From an uncultured SAR86 cluster bacterium (GTDB lineage Bacteria > Pseudomonadota > Gammaproteobacteria > Magnimaribacterales > AG-339-G14), in the NCBI GenBank assembly GCA_902629465.1, contig CACOQX010000002.1, forward strand, positions 22,294 to 86,293: a stretch of 64,000 nucleotides of DNA, read 5' to 3'. The translations under genes and the position numbers were made by a program. Within the stretch, counting starts at the first letter, position 1. Each line of letters starts with the position of its first letter. Under the pieces are notes generated by a model that was not told the DNA's origin, did no database searches, and saw only the letters and a program-made list of their open reading frames with translations. Shown in pieces: positions 26,552-34,489 of the stretch.

Positions 26552-26959
26552 ATGCCATATTTTATTGAATTTTTAATCGACAATTGGTTTATTGTTATTC
26601 CTTTAGTCTTTTCGTTATTTGCCCTTTACCTGTTAGACAGGATTTCGAAAGCAATAAATTTAGAACCTCATAAAGGAGTTGTTTTGATCAATAAAAAAAA
26701 TGCTCTCGTTATTGATATTAGATCTCAAAAAGAATTCGATGAAGGAAAAATTAGTCAAGCGAGGCATGTCGGTCCTGATTTAGAGGTTTGTAAGAAGGAA
26801 ATAGCAAAAGTTGATGGTAAACCAGTAATATTGGTTTGTCAGAATGGGACAAATTCATCTCGTATGGCTTCAGATCTTAAAAAGGAAGAAATTAGTGTTT
26901 TCGTTCTAAAGGGTGGAATAAATAATTGGGTTTCGGAAAAATTACCCTTAGTAAATTAA
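26552..26959 (+). CDS. Membrane-anchored rhodanese domain protein (YibN-like)
   Basis: N-terminal TM then LINKKNALVIDIRSQKEFDEGKISQARHV..PVILVCQNGTNSSR..VFVLKGGINNW, colinear with E. coli YibN. Start uncertain (GTG 26516 or ATG 26552). Confidence 0.8.
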   Translation: MPYFIEFLIDNWFIVIPLVFSLFALYLLDRISKAINLEPHKGVVLINKKNALVIDIRSQKEFDEGKISQARHVGPDLEVCKKEIAKVDGKPVILVCQNGTNSSRMASDLKKEEISVFVLKGGINNWVSEKLPLVN

Positions 26960-28353
26960 AGGTCGAGTTCAGTAATCTTTCGGGCTAAAGTATTTCTTCC
27001 CCAGCCCAATAGCTTAGCTGCTTCACTTTTTTTACCTTTTGTAACTTTCAATGCTGCTTTAATCATAGTTCCTTCAAATATCGGGGTAGCGCTATTGAGA
27101 ATGTGATCATCACCTTTAAGAAGTTTTTTTGATGCCCATGATTCAAGCATGTCGCTCCAACTCATTTCTGGACCTTTACGTTGCAAAGAAAGGTCTTTAG
27201 GAATATCACTTATTGAAATCTCTTGACCAGGGGATAATAAAGTAAGTGACTGGCAAACATTTTGCAATTGCAAAACATTACCAGGCCAGATCAAATTTTC
27301 GAATAATTCTTCAACTTCTTTACTGAGAACTTTAACTTTGATTTTTGCATCTTCAGAAAACTTCTTCAAAAAATAACTTGTTAATAAAAGGATGTCTTCT
27401 TTCCTGTCTCTTAAAGGGGGTAAATTTATTTTTATGACATTTAGTCTATGATAGAGATCTTCCCGATAAGATCCGTTTTTAACTTTTTCTTCAAGGTTTT
27501 GGTTTGTAGCAGCAATAATTCTCACATCCACCTTTATAGGACTATTTCCTCCAATTCTATAAAATTCACCGCTTGATAAAACTCTTATCAATCTGGTCTG
27601 AGTTTCGAGAGGCATATCTCCAACTTCATCTAAAAATAAAGTTCCTTTATCGGCTTGCTCAAATCTACCAATTCTTTGATCACCAGCGCCTTTGAAAGCG
27701 CCTTTTTCGTGACCAAATAATTCAGACTCTAATAGCTCGACAGGTATATCCGCTACATTAAGCGAAATTAACTTTTTATTGGACCTATCTGAGTGTTCGA
27801 AGATTGCTTGAGATACTAACTCTTTTCCTGTACCGGACTCACCAACCAATAAAACTGTGCTATCCGAGTGGGATAATTTACCTATAGAATTGAACAAATC
27901 TTGCATTGCTGGAGATTTTCCAAGAATCTTTCCTGCTCTGAGACTTATTTCCTCGTTCTCTGAGAGTTTCTTTTGAACATTTTTCTTTTCAGAAATTGCT
28001 TTGTTAATTTTTTCTATTGCGGTATTTAGATCAAAGGGCTTGGCTATGTAGTCCCAAGCTCCCGCTTCAAAAGCCTCTACCGTGGTGTCTAAATCAGAGT
28101 GTGCTGTCATGATAATTATTGGAATTTTTTGATGTTCATTACGAAAAGTTTCCAATAAATCCATACCATCTCTTCCAGGCATTTTGAGGTCAGTAAGTAA
28201 AAGGTGAGGTGATTCAATATCAAGTTTATTAACTACTTCGTTTCCATCTTCAAAGGTAGAAACATTGAAACCTGCTTCCGATAAACCTGACTTTAAAACA
28301 AATCTGATTGACTCATCGTCATCAGCAATCCAGATTTTTTTACTTTTAGCCAT
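26956..28353 (-). CDS. ntrC: Nitrogen regulation protein NR(I), sigma-54-dependent response regulator
   Basis: Receiver domain (IWIADDDESIRFVL..LLLTDLKMPG), AAA+ GESGTGKE, GAFKGA (GAFTGA-type sigma-54 contact loop), and C-terminal HTH AAKLLGWGRNTLARKI; 465 aa. Lies downstream of ntrB. Confidence 0.92.
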   Translation of the reverse strand: MAKSKKIWIADDDESIRFVLKSGLSEAGFNVSTFEDGNEVVNKLDIESPHLLLTDLKMPGRDGMDLLETFRNEHQKIPIIIMTAHSDLDTTVEAFEAGAWDYIAKPFDLNTAIEKINKAISEKKNVQKKLSENEEISLRAGKILGKSPAMQDLFNSIGKLSHSDSTVLLVGESGTGKELVSQAIFEHSDRSNKKLISLNVADIPVELLESELFGHEKGAFKGAGDQRIGRFEQADKGTLFLDEVGDMPLETQTRLIRVLSSGEFYRIGGNSPIKVDVRIIAATNQNLEEKVKNGSYREDLYHRLNVIKINLPPLRDRKEDILLLTSYFLKKFSEDAKIKVKVLSKEVEELFENLIWPGNVLQLQNVCQSLTLLSPGQEISISDIPKDLSLQRKGPEMSWSDMLESWASKKLLKGDDHILNSATPIFEGTMIKAALKVTKGKKSEAAKLLGWGRNTLARKITELDL

Positions 28354-28360
28354 TTATTCC

Positions 28361-29440
28361 TCAGTTTGCTTTTGTTTTTTCAAAGTTAACTTCTGTGATG
28401 GGCAGAAGAATCGTGAAAGTTGTTCCTGTTTCGTCACTAGAACAATCTATCGAGCCTCCGTGTTGATTAATAATTCCTTTAACAATAGATAAACCCAGGC
28501 CAGATGCTATTTTTTTTGATGAAACCAATGGAAAAAAAACAGAGTCAATAATATCGTCTGGAATCCCCGGCCCATTATCAATGAAATCCACCTGACAAGC
28601 CGTATTAAATTTTTTATTATTTATGAAAACTTCGTAAGCAACTCTACTTCTTATTGTAATTTTCCCTGACGTATTATTCTTTTTAAAAGCTTCAATTGAA
28701 TTAGTTGCAAGATTAAAAAAAACCTGAGAAATCAAGGAATTATCTATTTCAATTAAGGGTAAGCTAGGATCATAATCCTTAAGAACTTGTACTTTTTGAT
28801 TCTCAATGTTTTTTATGAAAGCAGGAATCTTTTCAAGAATGGTATGAATATTTTGAAAATTCTGTTCTAGCTTGAAACTATTACCAGAAACCTTATTAAC
28901 AATATTTACGAGTCTGTCTGACTCTTTAAGAATAATATTTGCGAATTCTTTTTTTTTGGGATCTTCTATTTTTTGGGAAAGTAACTGTGCCGCGCCTCTA
29001 ATACCACTTAAAGGATTTTTAATTTCATGCGCTAGCCCTCTAGAAAAAGCCTGAGTAATCGATGCCGCCGTTCTTTTCTTCATACTTTCAGAAAGAGATT
29101 CAGGTTTTGAATTATCAAAGAATTCAAAAATAATGCCTCTAAATTCATCGTTGGCAAAATAAGAAGCCTTAAAAGACGTTTTCTTTTGAAGATTGTCTTT
29201 AAGAAAAATTGTAGTTATGTGGCGTTTAAAAGATTTTTTCTTTTCAAGGATTTCTTGAAGTTCTAGCTCATTACTGGTTTTTTCTTTGAAAACTTGATCT
29301 ATATTTTTTCCTTTAGATTCATCAAGAGAAGTACATAGAAAGTCTTCAGCAGATTTATTTAAAAATAAAACATCTAAATTGTCGTCAGTAACTAGAATTT
29401 TTGCAGACAATTCGTCTAAAACATTTTCAAAAAATATCAT
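28361..29440 (-). CDS. ntrB: Nitrogen regulation sensor histidine kinase NR(II)
   Basis: 359 aa, no TM. N-terminal PAS-like part, H-box GLAHEIKNPLSGIRGAAQLL, and N/G boxes (NLATNSIEA, DNGPGIP, GLGLSIV). Confidence 0.9.
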   Translation of the reverse strand: MIFFENVLDELSAKILVTDDNLDVLFLNKSAEDFLCTSLDESKGKNIDQVFKEKTSNELELQEILEKKKSFKRHITTIFLKDNLQKKTSFKASYFANDEFRGIIFEFFDNSKPESLSESMKKRTAASITQAFSRGLAHEIKNPLSGIRGAAQLLSQKIEDPKKKEFANIILKESDRLVNIVNKVSGNSFKLEQNFQNIHTILEKIPAFIKNIENQKVQVLKDYDPSLPLIEIDNSLISQVFFNLATNSIEAFKKNNTSGKITIRSRVAYEVFINNKKFNTACQVDFIDNGPGIPDDIIDSVFFPLVSSKKIASGLGLSIVKGIINQHGGSIDCSSDETGTTFTILLPITEVNFEKTKAN

Positions 29441-29480
29441 CTTTGAAAATTACTTTTATTTTTAATTTAAAAAGCTGAAC

Positions 29481-29540
29481 CTTAAGACCTAGGATTAACC
29501 AAAAGATTTTTTCCGTTTGGGTCAATCCTATGGTCTTAAG
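29481..29540 (-). terminator. Long imperfect hairpin between glnII and ntrB (attenuator/processing site candidate)
   Basis: Arms CTTAAGACCTAGGATTAACC (29481..29500) and GGTCAATCCTATGGTCTTAAG (29520..29540) pair over about 19 bp with one bulge and one G-U. On the minus-strand RNA it is followed 8 nt later by a T5 run. Confidence 0.45.
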
Positions 29541-29558
29541 CACTTTACACCTTGAGAT

Positions 29559-30542
29559 TTATTTAGTCAGCGTACCTACAATGTGCGCTAAAATTTTGTA
29601 AGGATCTGCATTAGAAGCAGGTCTTCTATCTTCTAAATATCCATTCCAATCATGTTCAACTGTATAGACTGGTATTCTAATACTGGCTCCTCTATCACTG
29701 ACTCCGTATGAAAATTCAGTGATTTTTTGAGTTTCATGTAGTCCCGTTAGTCTCATGTCATTGTCAGAACCATAGGAAGCAATTCCCTCGTCATGAACTT
29801 TTCCAAGTTTTTCACACATTCCTTCGAATAGCTCTTTTGAACCTTTTGATCTCATTTCCTCATTAGAGAAGTTAGTGTGCATACCAGAACCATTCCAGTC
29901 TCCTGTTTTTGGTTTAGGATGAATATTTACCCCAACGCCAAATTCTTCAGCTATTTTAAAAAGCATATATCTGCTTACCCACAAGTCATCCGCAGCTTTG
30001 ATTCCTTTTCCAAAACATTGGTATTCCCATTGTCCTAAAGCAACTTCAGCATTTGTTCCAGTCAGAGTGATTCCAAGATCAAGACAAGCATGTAAATGAG
30101 CATCTGAAATCTCTCTACCCACAACGTTTCTTGCACCAACACCACAATAATATTCTCCTTGCTCTCTTTCTGGAGTGCCGTCTTCCCAACCAAGAGGTTC
30201 GCCAGTTTTCGGATCGGTAAAGAAAAATTCTTGTTCAAATCCAAACCACCATTCATCTGTAACCACTTCCGCGGCAGCGGCTCTAAAATTAGAAGGGTGT
30301 GTAGTATGATCTGCTGCCTGCACCTGTGTCATCACTAGATCATGCCCATTAGGGTTTGCATAAGTTTGTACAGGTAACAGAAGACAATCTGAACTGCCTC
30401 CTTCCGCTTGTTGTGTAGATGAACCATCAAAAGACCAGTCTGGAGCTGTGTCTTCGTCGGTAGCTTTTACTTTACTTCGCATATTTGCTTCAGGAGTGTA
30501 TCCATCTAGCCAAATATATTCGTACGTATTAAAGTCTGTCAT
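29559..30542 (-). CDS. glnII: Glutamine synthetase type II (eukaryote-type, GlnII)
   Basis: MTDFNTYEYIWLDG..WSFDGSSTQQAEGGSSDCLLLPV..GEYYCGVGARNVVGREISDAHLHACLDLG..MHTNFS.. are GSII signatures. About 327 aa, far shorter than type I GlnA. ATG at 30542 has GGAGA upstream; the track extension to 30608 is rejected. Confidence 0.92.
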   Translation of the reverse strand: MTDFNTYEYIWLDGYTPEANMRSKVKATDEDTAPDWSFDGSSTQQAEGGSSDCLLLPVQTYANPNGHDLVMTQVQAADHTTHPSNFRAAAAEVVTDEWWFGFEQEFFFTDPKTGEPLGWEDGTPEREQGEYYCGVGARNVVGREISDAHLHACLDLGITLTGTNAEVALGQWEYQCFGKGIKAADDLWVSRYMLFKIAEEFGVGVNIHPKPKTGDWNGSGMHTNFSNEEMRSKGSKELFEGMCEKLGKVHDEGIASYGSDNDMRLTGLHETQKITEFSYGVSDRGASIRIPVYTVEHDWNGYLEDRRPASNADPYKILAHIVGTLTK

Positions 30543-30579
30543 TATATTCTCCGTGTAAATAAAATTAGGAGAAAATATT

Positions 30580-30595
30580 AGCAAAGTAATTGCTA
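30580..30595 (-). promoter_or_regulatory. Sigma-54-like -24/-12 element upstream of glnII
   Basis: Minus strand reads TAGCAA-TTACT-TTGCT versus consensus TGGCAC-N5-TTGCW. Spacing is exact, but the -24 GG is AG. Lies about 40 nt upstream of the glnII ATG. Confidence 0.3.
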
Positions 30596-30651
30596 TAAAA
30601 TAGTGCATTTTTTGTCTTTAATTAGTGCTTATTTTGCACTATTTTAGTACA
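30591..30651. promoter_or_regulatory. Cluster of GCACTA/TAGTGC half-sites (NtrC-box-like) upstream of glnII
   Basis: TGCACTATTTTAGTACA (30635..30651, 6/7 palindromic pairs), TAGTGC-N7-GCACTA (30623..30641), and minus-strand TGCACTATTTTATAGCA (30591..30607). The 11-mer GCACTATTTTA is shared with 12516..12526. Confidence 0.4.
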
Positions 30652-31219
30652 TAAAGTCTAAAATCAAAGGAATTTTTTCAAAAAAGTCATCATAACTATG
30701 ATTTCCTTCTTTTTCACTCAGCACATAAGATTTGGAAAAATACGATGATGTTTTATTGTGATCCAAAACTTCATCTGACATTTTTATAAGACAGAAGTGA
30801 TTTAAAGGCTTCTTAAGTTCTTTTAACCCTAACTTCTGCAAATCCAAATAGTCCTTCATTGAAAATTCATATTCTTCGTCTGTATGAAAGTTTCTATGAA
30901 AACCTACTAAATCTTTCATTTCAGAGATATGGTTTTTCACAACAGGATTTATGGTCACTGATTTTAGGTCGTATCTATCTGCTACAAAAGTTGCATAAAG
31001 TCCCCCGAGAGAACTTCCTACTAAACAAACTCTACTTAAACTTTCTATAATTATTTTTTCTATCTGAGAGATAGCTTTTGAGGGGGAGGTATTTAAGTTA
31101 GGAGATTCAAAATTGATAAATTTTTCTTCTTTTAAATGAGACTCTAGAATTTTTGACTTTTTTGATTCCGCTGAACTATTGAACCCATGAAGGTAAATAA
31201 TCTTCAATTGCTCTTCCAT
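30644..31219 (-). CDS. yqiA: YqiA/YcfP family esterase (alpha/beta hydrolase, UPF0227)
   Basis: KIIYLHGFNSSAESKKS N-terminus and nucleophile elbow LVGSSLGG, colinear with E. coli YqiA. Confidence 0.85.
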   Translation of the reverse strand: MEEQLKIIYLHGFNSSAESKKSKILESHLKEEKFINFESPNLNTSPSKAISQIEKIIIESLSRVCLVGSSLGGLYATFVADRYDLKSVTINPVVKNHISEMKDLVGFHRNFHTDEEYEFSMKDYLDLQKLGLKELKKPLNHFCLIKMSDEVLDHNKTSSYFSKSYVLSEKEGNHSYDDFFEKIPLILDFMY

Positions 31220-31616
31220 GAAGAATAGAATAATTCAAAAATTGATTCATAAAAAGATTCCATTGAAGACGTTCGTCCTTTTCGAAATTCATTTTTTTTA
31301 ATTTAAAAATAGATAACAAATCTTTGTGAAAATTTTGAAATTCAATTACTTCCATCATTTTTGCTTCCTTGTAAGTTCTGCATTTGATAACAATATCTTT
31401 GATTCCAGTAACATCTTTGATTTGGAATTTTAATTCATCAGTAAATTTTGATAGCTCTTCTTTCGAAATGCTTATCTGACTTTTGATTTCAAGATTTCCA
31501 ACTTGAAAAGAGAATTTATTACGTTTATCGAGCTCTCCAGAGAGCTTATTCATTAGAACAAAATTCTGCTCATAAATACTATGCAAGCTTTTTAAATTTC
31601 GATAGGTTTTAAACAT
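31176..31616 (-). CDS. DUF1249 protein (YqiB-like)
   Basis: 146 aa. YEQNFVLMNKL, CRTYKEAKMMEV and KDERLQWNLFMNQFLNYSILHG align with E. coli YqiB blocks ([45 protein letters not shown]). Lies upstream of yqiA as in E. coli. Confidence 0.7.
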   Translation of the reverse strand: MFKTYRNLKSLHSIYEQNFVLMNKLSGELDKRNKFSFQVGNLEIKSQISISKEELSKFTDELKFQIKDVTGIKDIVIKCRTYKEAKMMEVIEFQNFHKDLLSIFKLKKMNFEKDERLQWNLFMNQFLNYSILHGRAIEDYLPSWVQ

Positions 31617-31652
31617 TTGTGAAGTCTATAGAGATTTAATTCATTTTAAAAA

Positions 31653-32291
31653 TTAGTCATAAGATGCCCATAGCACATTAGCTACAGTACTTCTATAAGG
31701 TCTCCAAATTTGAGAAATTTTTTCCATGTCTTCTTCCGATGGCCTCTTTTTAAGTTTTTTTATTCTTTTAACTGCTTCCATTAAACCTAAGTCTGCAACT
31801 GGCCAAACATCATCTCTTTTTAACGAAGCAAGCATGTAGCATTGGGCAGTCCATGGTCCAATACCTTTAATTTTAGTAATTTCTTTCACTAAATTTTCGT
31901 CATCCATTTTATGAATTTTCCTGAAATTAATTTCTTCATTCTTACATTTTTTCGCAAATCCAGTTAAGTAATCAATTTTTTGTTTGCTTAAACCGCATTC
32001 TTTTAAATCTGATTCTTTTATTTTCAAAAAGGATACTGGGGATATAGTTGGCATTTTCAACTTGAGCTTTTTATATATTGCATTAGCTGATGCGACAGAG
32101 AGCTGTTGTTCAATTATCAATTGCAAAATTCCTTTGAAGCCTTTATCCCTTTTATATTCCCCAAAATCAGAAAAATTTATGAACAAATCAACCAAATCTT
32201 GGTCTTTTTTAGCAAGATAAAAAATCTTTTTTTTTGACTTATGATTTTTAAATATTTTTGAAAGGGAGATATTTGCTTGTTGCTTTGACAT
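31653..32291 (-). CDS. DNA-3-methyladenine glycosylase II family protein (HhH-GPD, AlkA-like short form)
   Basis: 212 aa; IIEQQLSVASANAIYKKL and HhH IKGIGPWTAQCYML followed by VWPVADLGL (catalytic Asp context). Confidence 0.8.
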   Translation of the reverse strand: MSKQQANISLSKIFKNHKSKKKIFYLAKKDQDLVDLFINFSDFGEYKRDKGFKGILQLIIEQQLSVASANAIYKKLKLKMPTISPVSFLKIKESDLKECGLSKQKIDYLTGFAKKCKNEEINFRKIHKMDDENLVKEITKIKGIGPWTAQCYMLASLKRDDVWPVADLGLMEAVKRIKKLKKRPSEEDMEKISQIWRPYRSTVANVLWASYD

Positions 32292-33396
32292 AGGCGTTTA
32301 TATGTTGTTCTTCATTATTCACAAAATTTTCTATTGCATCTTTGAAATTTGGTTCAGAAATCCAATGTGCAGAATAAGTGATCGTTGGCTTAAAACCTCT
32401 TTTAATTTTATGTTCACCCTGAACGCCAGGGTCAAACTTGTTGAGTTTATTTTTAATTGCAAATTCTATTCCTTGGTAATAACAGCATTCAAAATGCAAA
32501 CAATCATATTCAGCTGAACAACCCCAATAACGCCCATATAAATTTTCTTTATCTTTAAAAAACATGGACCCCCCAACCAAACCTTCATTATTTGTATCTC
32601 TTGCAAGCACAAGAACGATATTTTCTTTTATCGTATTAAGGCATCCCTCAAAAAATTCTTTTGTTAGATATCCAAGATGCCCACTGCGTTTTAAATTTGT
32701 AGATAAGTAAAATTCATAGAACTGCATCATTAATTCTTGATTCAAATTAGTTCCAGAATAAGTTTGTATGTCTATACCTTGGTTTAAAACTTTTTCTCTT
32801 TCTTTTTTTACGTTTTTTCGATGTCTTGATCTAAAAGTATCAACGAAGTCATCGAATGTATTAAAGTTTTCATTGAACCAAATAAACTGAGCATTTTTTC
32901 TAACACTAAGGGATTTCTCAGAAAAGACAGTTATGTCCTTTTCCTCCGGAAACAAGACATGCCAAGAGGATATATTATTTTCCTCGCTAAGCTTTTCCAC
33001 GCCAGAAAGAATTAGAGAAAATATTTGATCAGCAGATTCTTTGTCTTGATGAAGAATTCTTGGTCCAGAAGCAGGAGTAAAGGGTATGGAGGAGACCAAT
33101 TTAGGATAATAATCTATGCCGTGTTGATAAAAAGCATTTGCCCAAGAGTAGTCAAAAACAAACTCACCAGAGGAATCGGTTTTAATGTAGAGCGGCATTG
33201 CCCCCAGGATCTCAGACTTTTCTTCTATAGAGATGTGCGCAGGATGCCAACCAGTATTTTTTCCAACACAATTTGTTTTTTCAAGCAGCTCAAGAAATTC
33301 GTATTTTAAAAAAGGATAATCGTTATCTGGAATTAGTTTGTTCCATTTTTCTTTATCAATTGAGCTAATTGAGTTATTAAATTTTATTTCCTTCAT
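32248..33396 (-). CDS. GNAT-fold protein of the DUF482 / FemAB-like (COG3146) family
   Basis: 382 aa. YPFLKYEFLELLEKT, GEFVFDYSWANAFYQHGIDYYPKL and YGRYWGC blocks are typical of this family. Confidence 0.7.
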   Translation of the reverse strand: MKEIKFNNSISSIDKEKWNKLIPDNDYPFLKYEFLELLEKTNCVGKNTGWHPAHISIEEKSEILGAMPLYIKTDSSGEFVFDYSWANAFYQHGIDYYPKLVSSIPFTPASGPRILHQDKESADQIFSLILSGVEKLSEENNISSWHVLFPEEKDITVFSEKSLSVRKNAQFIWFNENFNTFDDFVDTFRSRHRKNVKKEREKVLNQGIDIQTYSGTNLNQELMMQFYEFYLSTNLKRSGHLGYLTKEFFEGCLNTIKENIVLVLARDTNNEGLVGGSMFFKDKENLYGRYWGCSAEYDCLHFECCYYQGIEFAIKNKLNKFDPGVQGEHKIKRGFKPTITYSAHWISEPNFKDAIENFVNNEEQHINAYVKATSKYLPFKNI

Positions 33397-34248
33397 TTAT
33401 ACAAAAGCAGCAACAAAGCTTAAAAATATTCCTATACCTAACCAATGATTTTTTTTAAAAAATCTCGAACAATCCGAGGGTTTGTCAAAATTAGTAGCAA
33501 TCATCAAAAAAAGGATTAATAAAATATTTGCTGATACTGCAAAAAAATATAATAAAGAAAAGGAATTAAAAATTCCTATTAAAAGAAGAAAAGTTATAAG
33601 TAAAAAATAACTTATCCATAAAATTAATTTTTCTTTACCTTGAAAATAAATTGCTGAGCTATTTACGTTGATTAACAAATCATCTTGTCTGTCTGACAAT
33701 GCGTAAACTGTATCGTAGGCAAGTACCCAAAAAATGTTTCCAAAAAACAACAACCAACAATTTAAAGGAAATGTTCCTTTATAGAATGCATAAGCCATAA
33801 ATATTCCCATGGAATAACAAATCCCTAAGTAAAGTTGAGGAATTGGTAAAAATCTTTTCATCAAAGGATAGCTAGAAACTAATACAATGCAGAATAAGGC
33901 TGTATATAAACTTTTGAGATTTAAAAAAAGAAGCAAACTTGATGACAAAATCATCAATATTAAAAACAACACAAGAGCTTCTTTATTTGAGACAGAATAA
34001 TTGGCTATTGGCCTATTAAATGTTCTCAATACCTTTCTATCGATGTCTTGATCAAAGTAATCATTGATGATTACTCCTGCGGATCTCATTAGAAAACTGC
34101 CAAGACAAAATATTATTACTATTAAAAGTTCTGGATTACCTTCAGAGGCAAGCCACACTGCGGCTAAAGACGGCCATAAAAGAAGATATACACCAATAGG
34201 TTTATCTAGTCTTAAAAGGAAAAAATAGTTTTTTAATACGCCCAACAT
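33397..34248 (-). CDS. ubiA: 4-hydroxybenzoate polyprenyltransferase
   Basis: 283 aa polytopic; first Asp-rich motif NDYFDQDIDRKVLRTFNRPIA and second YALSDRQDD. Confidence 0.9.
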   Translation of the reverse strand: MLGVLKNYFFLLRLDKPIGVYLLLWPSLAAVWLASEGNPELLIVIIFCLGSFLMRSAGVIINDYFDQDIDRKVLRTFNRPIANYSVSNKEALVLFLILMILSSSLLLFLNLKSLYTALFCIVLVSSYPLMKRFLPIPQLYLGICYSMGIFMAYAFYKGTFPLNCWLLFFGNIFWVLAYDTVYALSDRQDDLLINVNSSAIYFQGKEKLILWISYFLLITFLLLIGIFNSFSLLYFFAVSANILLILFLMIATNFDKPSDCSRFFKKNHWLGIGIFLSFVAAFV

Positions 34249-34291
34249 GAATATAATCCAATCCTCATAAAGATATTAAACTTATTTAGGT

Positions 34292-34483
34292 ATGGAAGAA
34301 TACATTAAGTGGGAATGCATTGTCTGCGGATTGATTTACGATGAAGCAGAAGGTTGGCCTGAAGACGGCATTGAACCCGGAACAAAATGGGAAGATGTTC
34401 CCTTTGACTGGGTTTGTCCTGACTGTGGAGTTGGAAAAGAAGATTTTGAGATGGTTCCTTTGGAGGGTGGAAAAAGCTACTAA
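34292..34483 (+). CDS. Rubredoxin
   Basis: 63 aa; [46 protein letters not shown] with both CxxCG knuckles. Confidence 0.95.
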   Translation: MEEYIKWECIVCGLIYDEAEGWPEDGIEPGTKWEDVPFDWVCPDCGVGKEDFEMVPLEGGKSY

Positions 34484-34489
34484 TACCAG

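Noticed and set aside
30543-30608. N-terminal extension of the glnII ORF (MHYFIAITLLIFSPNFIYTENI) that looks like a signal peptide.
   Set aside because: A GGAGA RBS precedes the internal ATG at 30542. GSII homologs begin at the MTDF..YIWLDG region and are cytoplasmic. The extension covers what looks like the promoter region.
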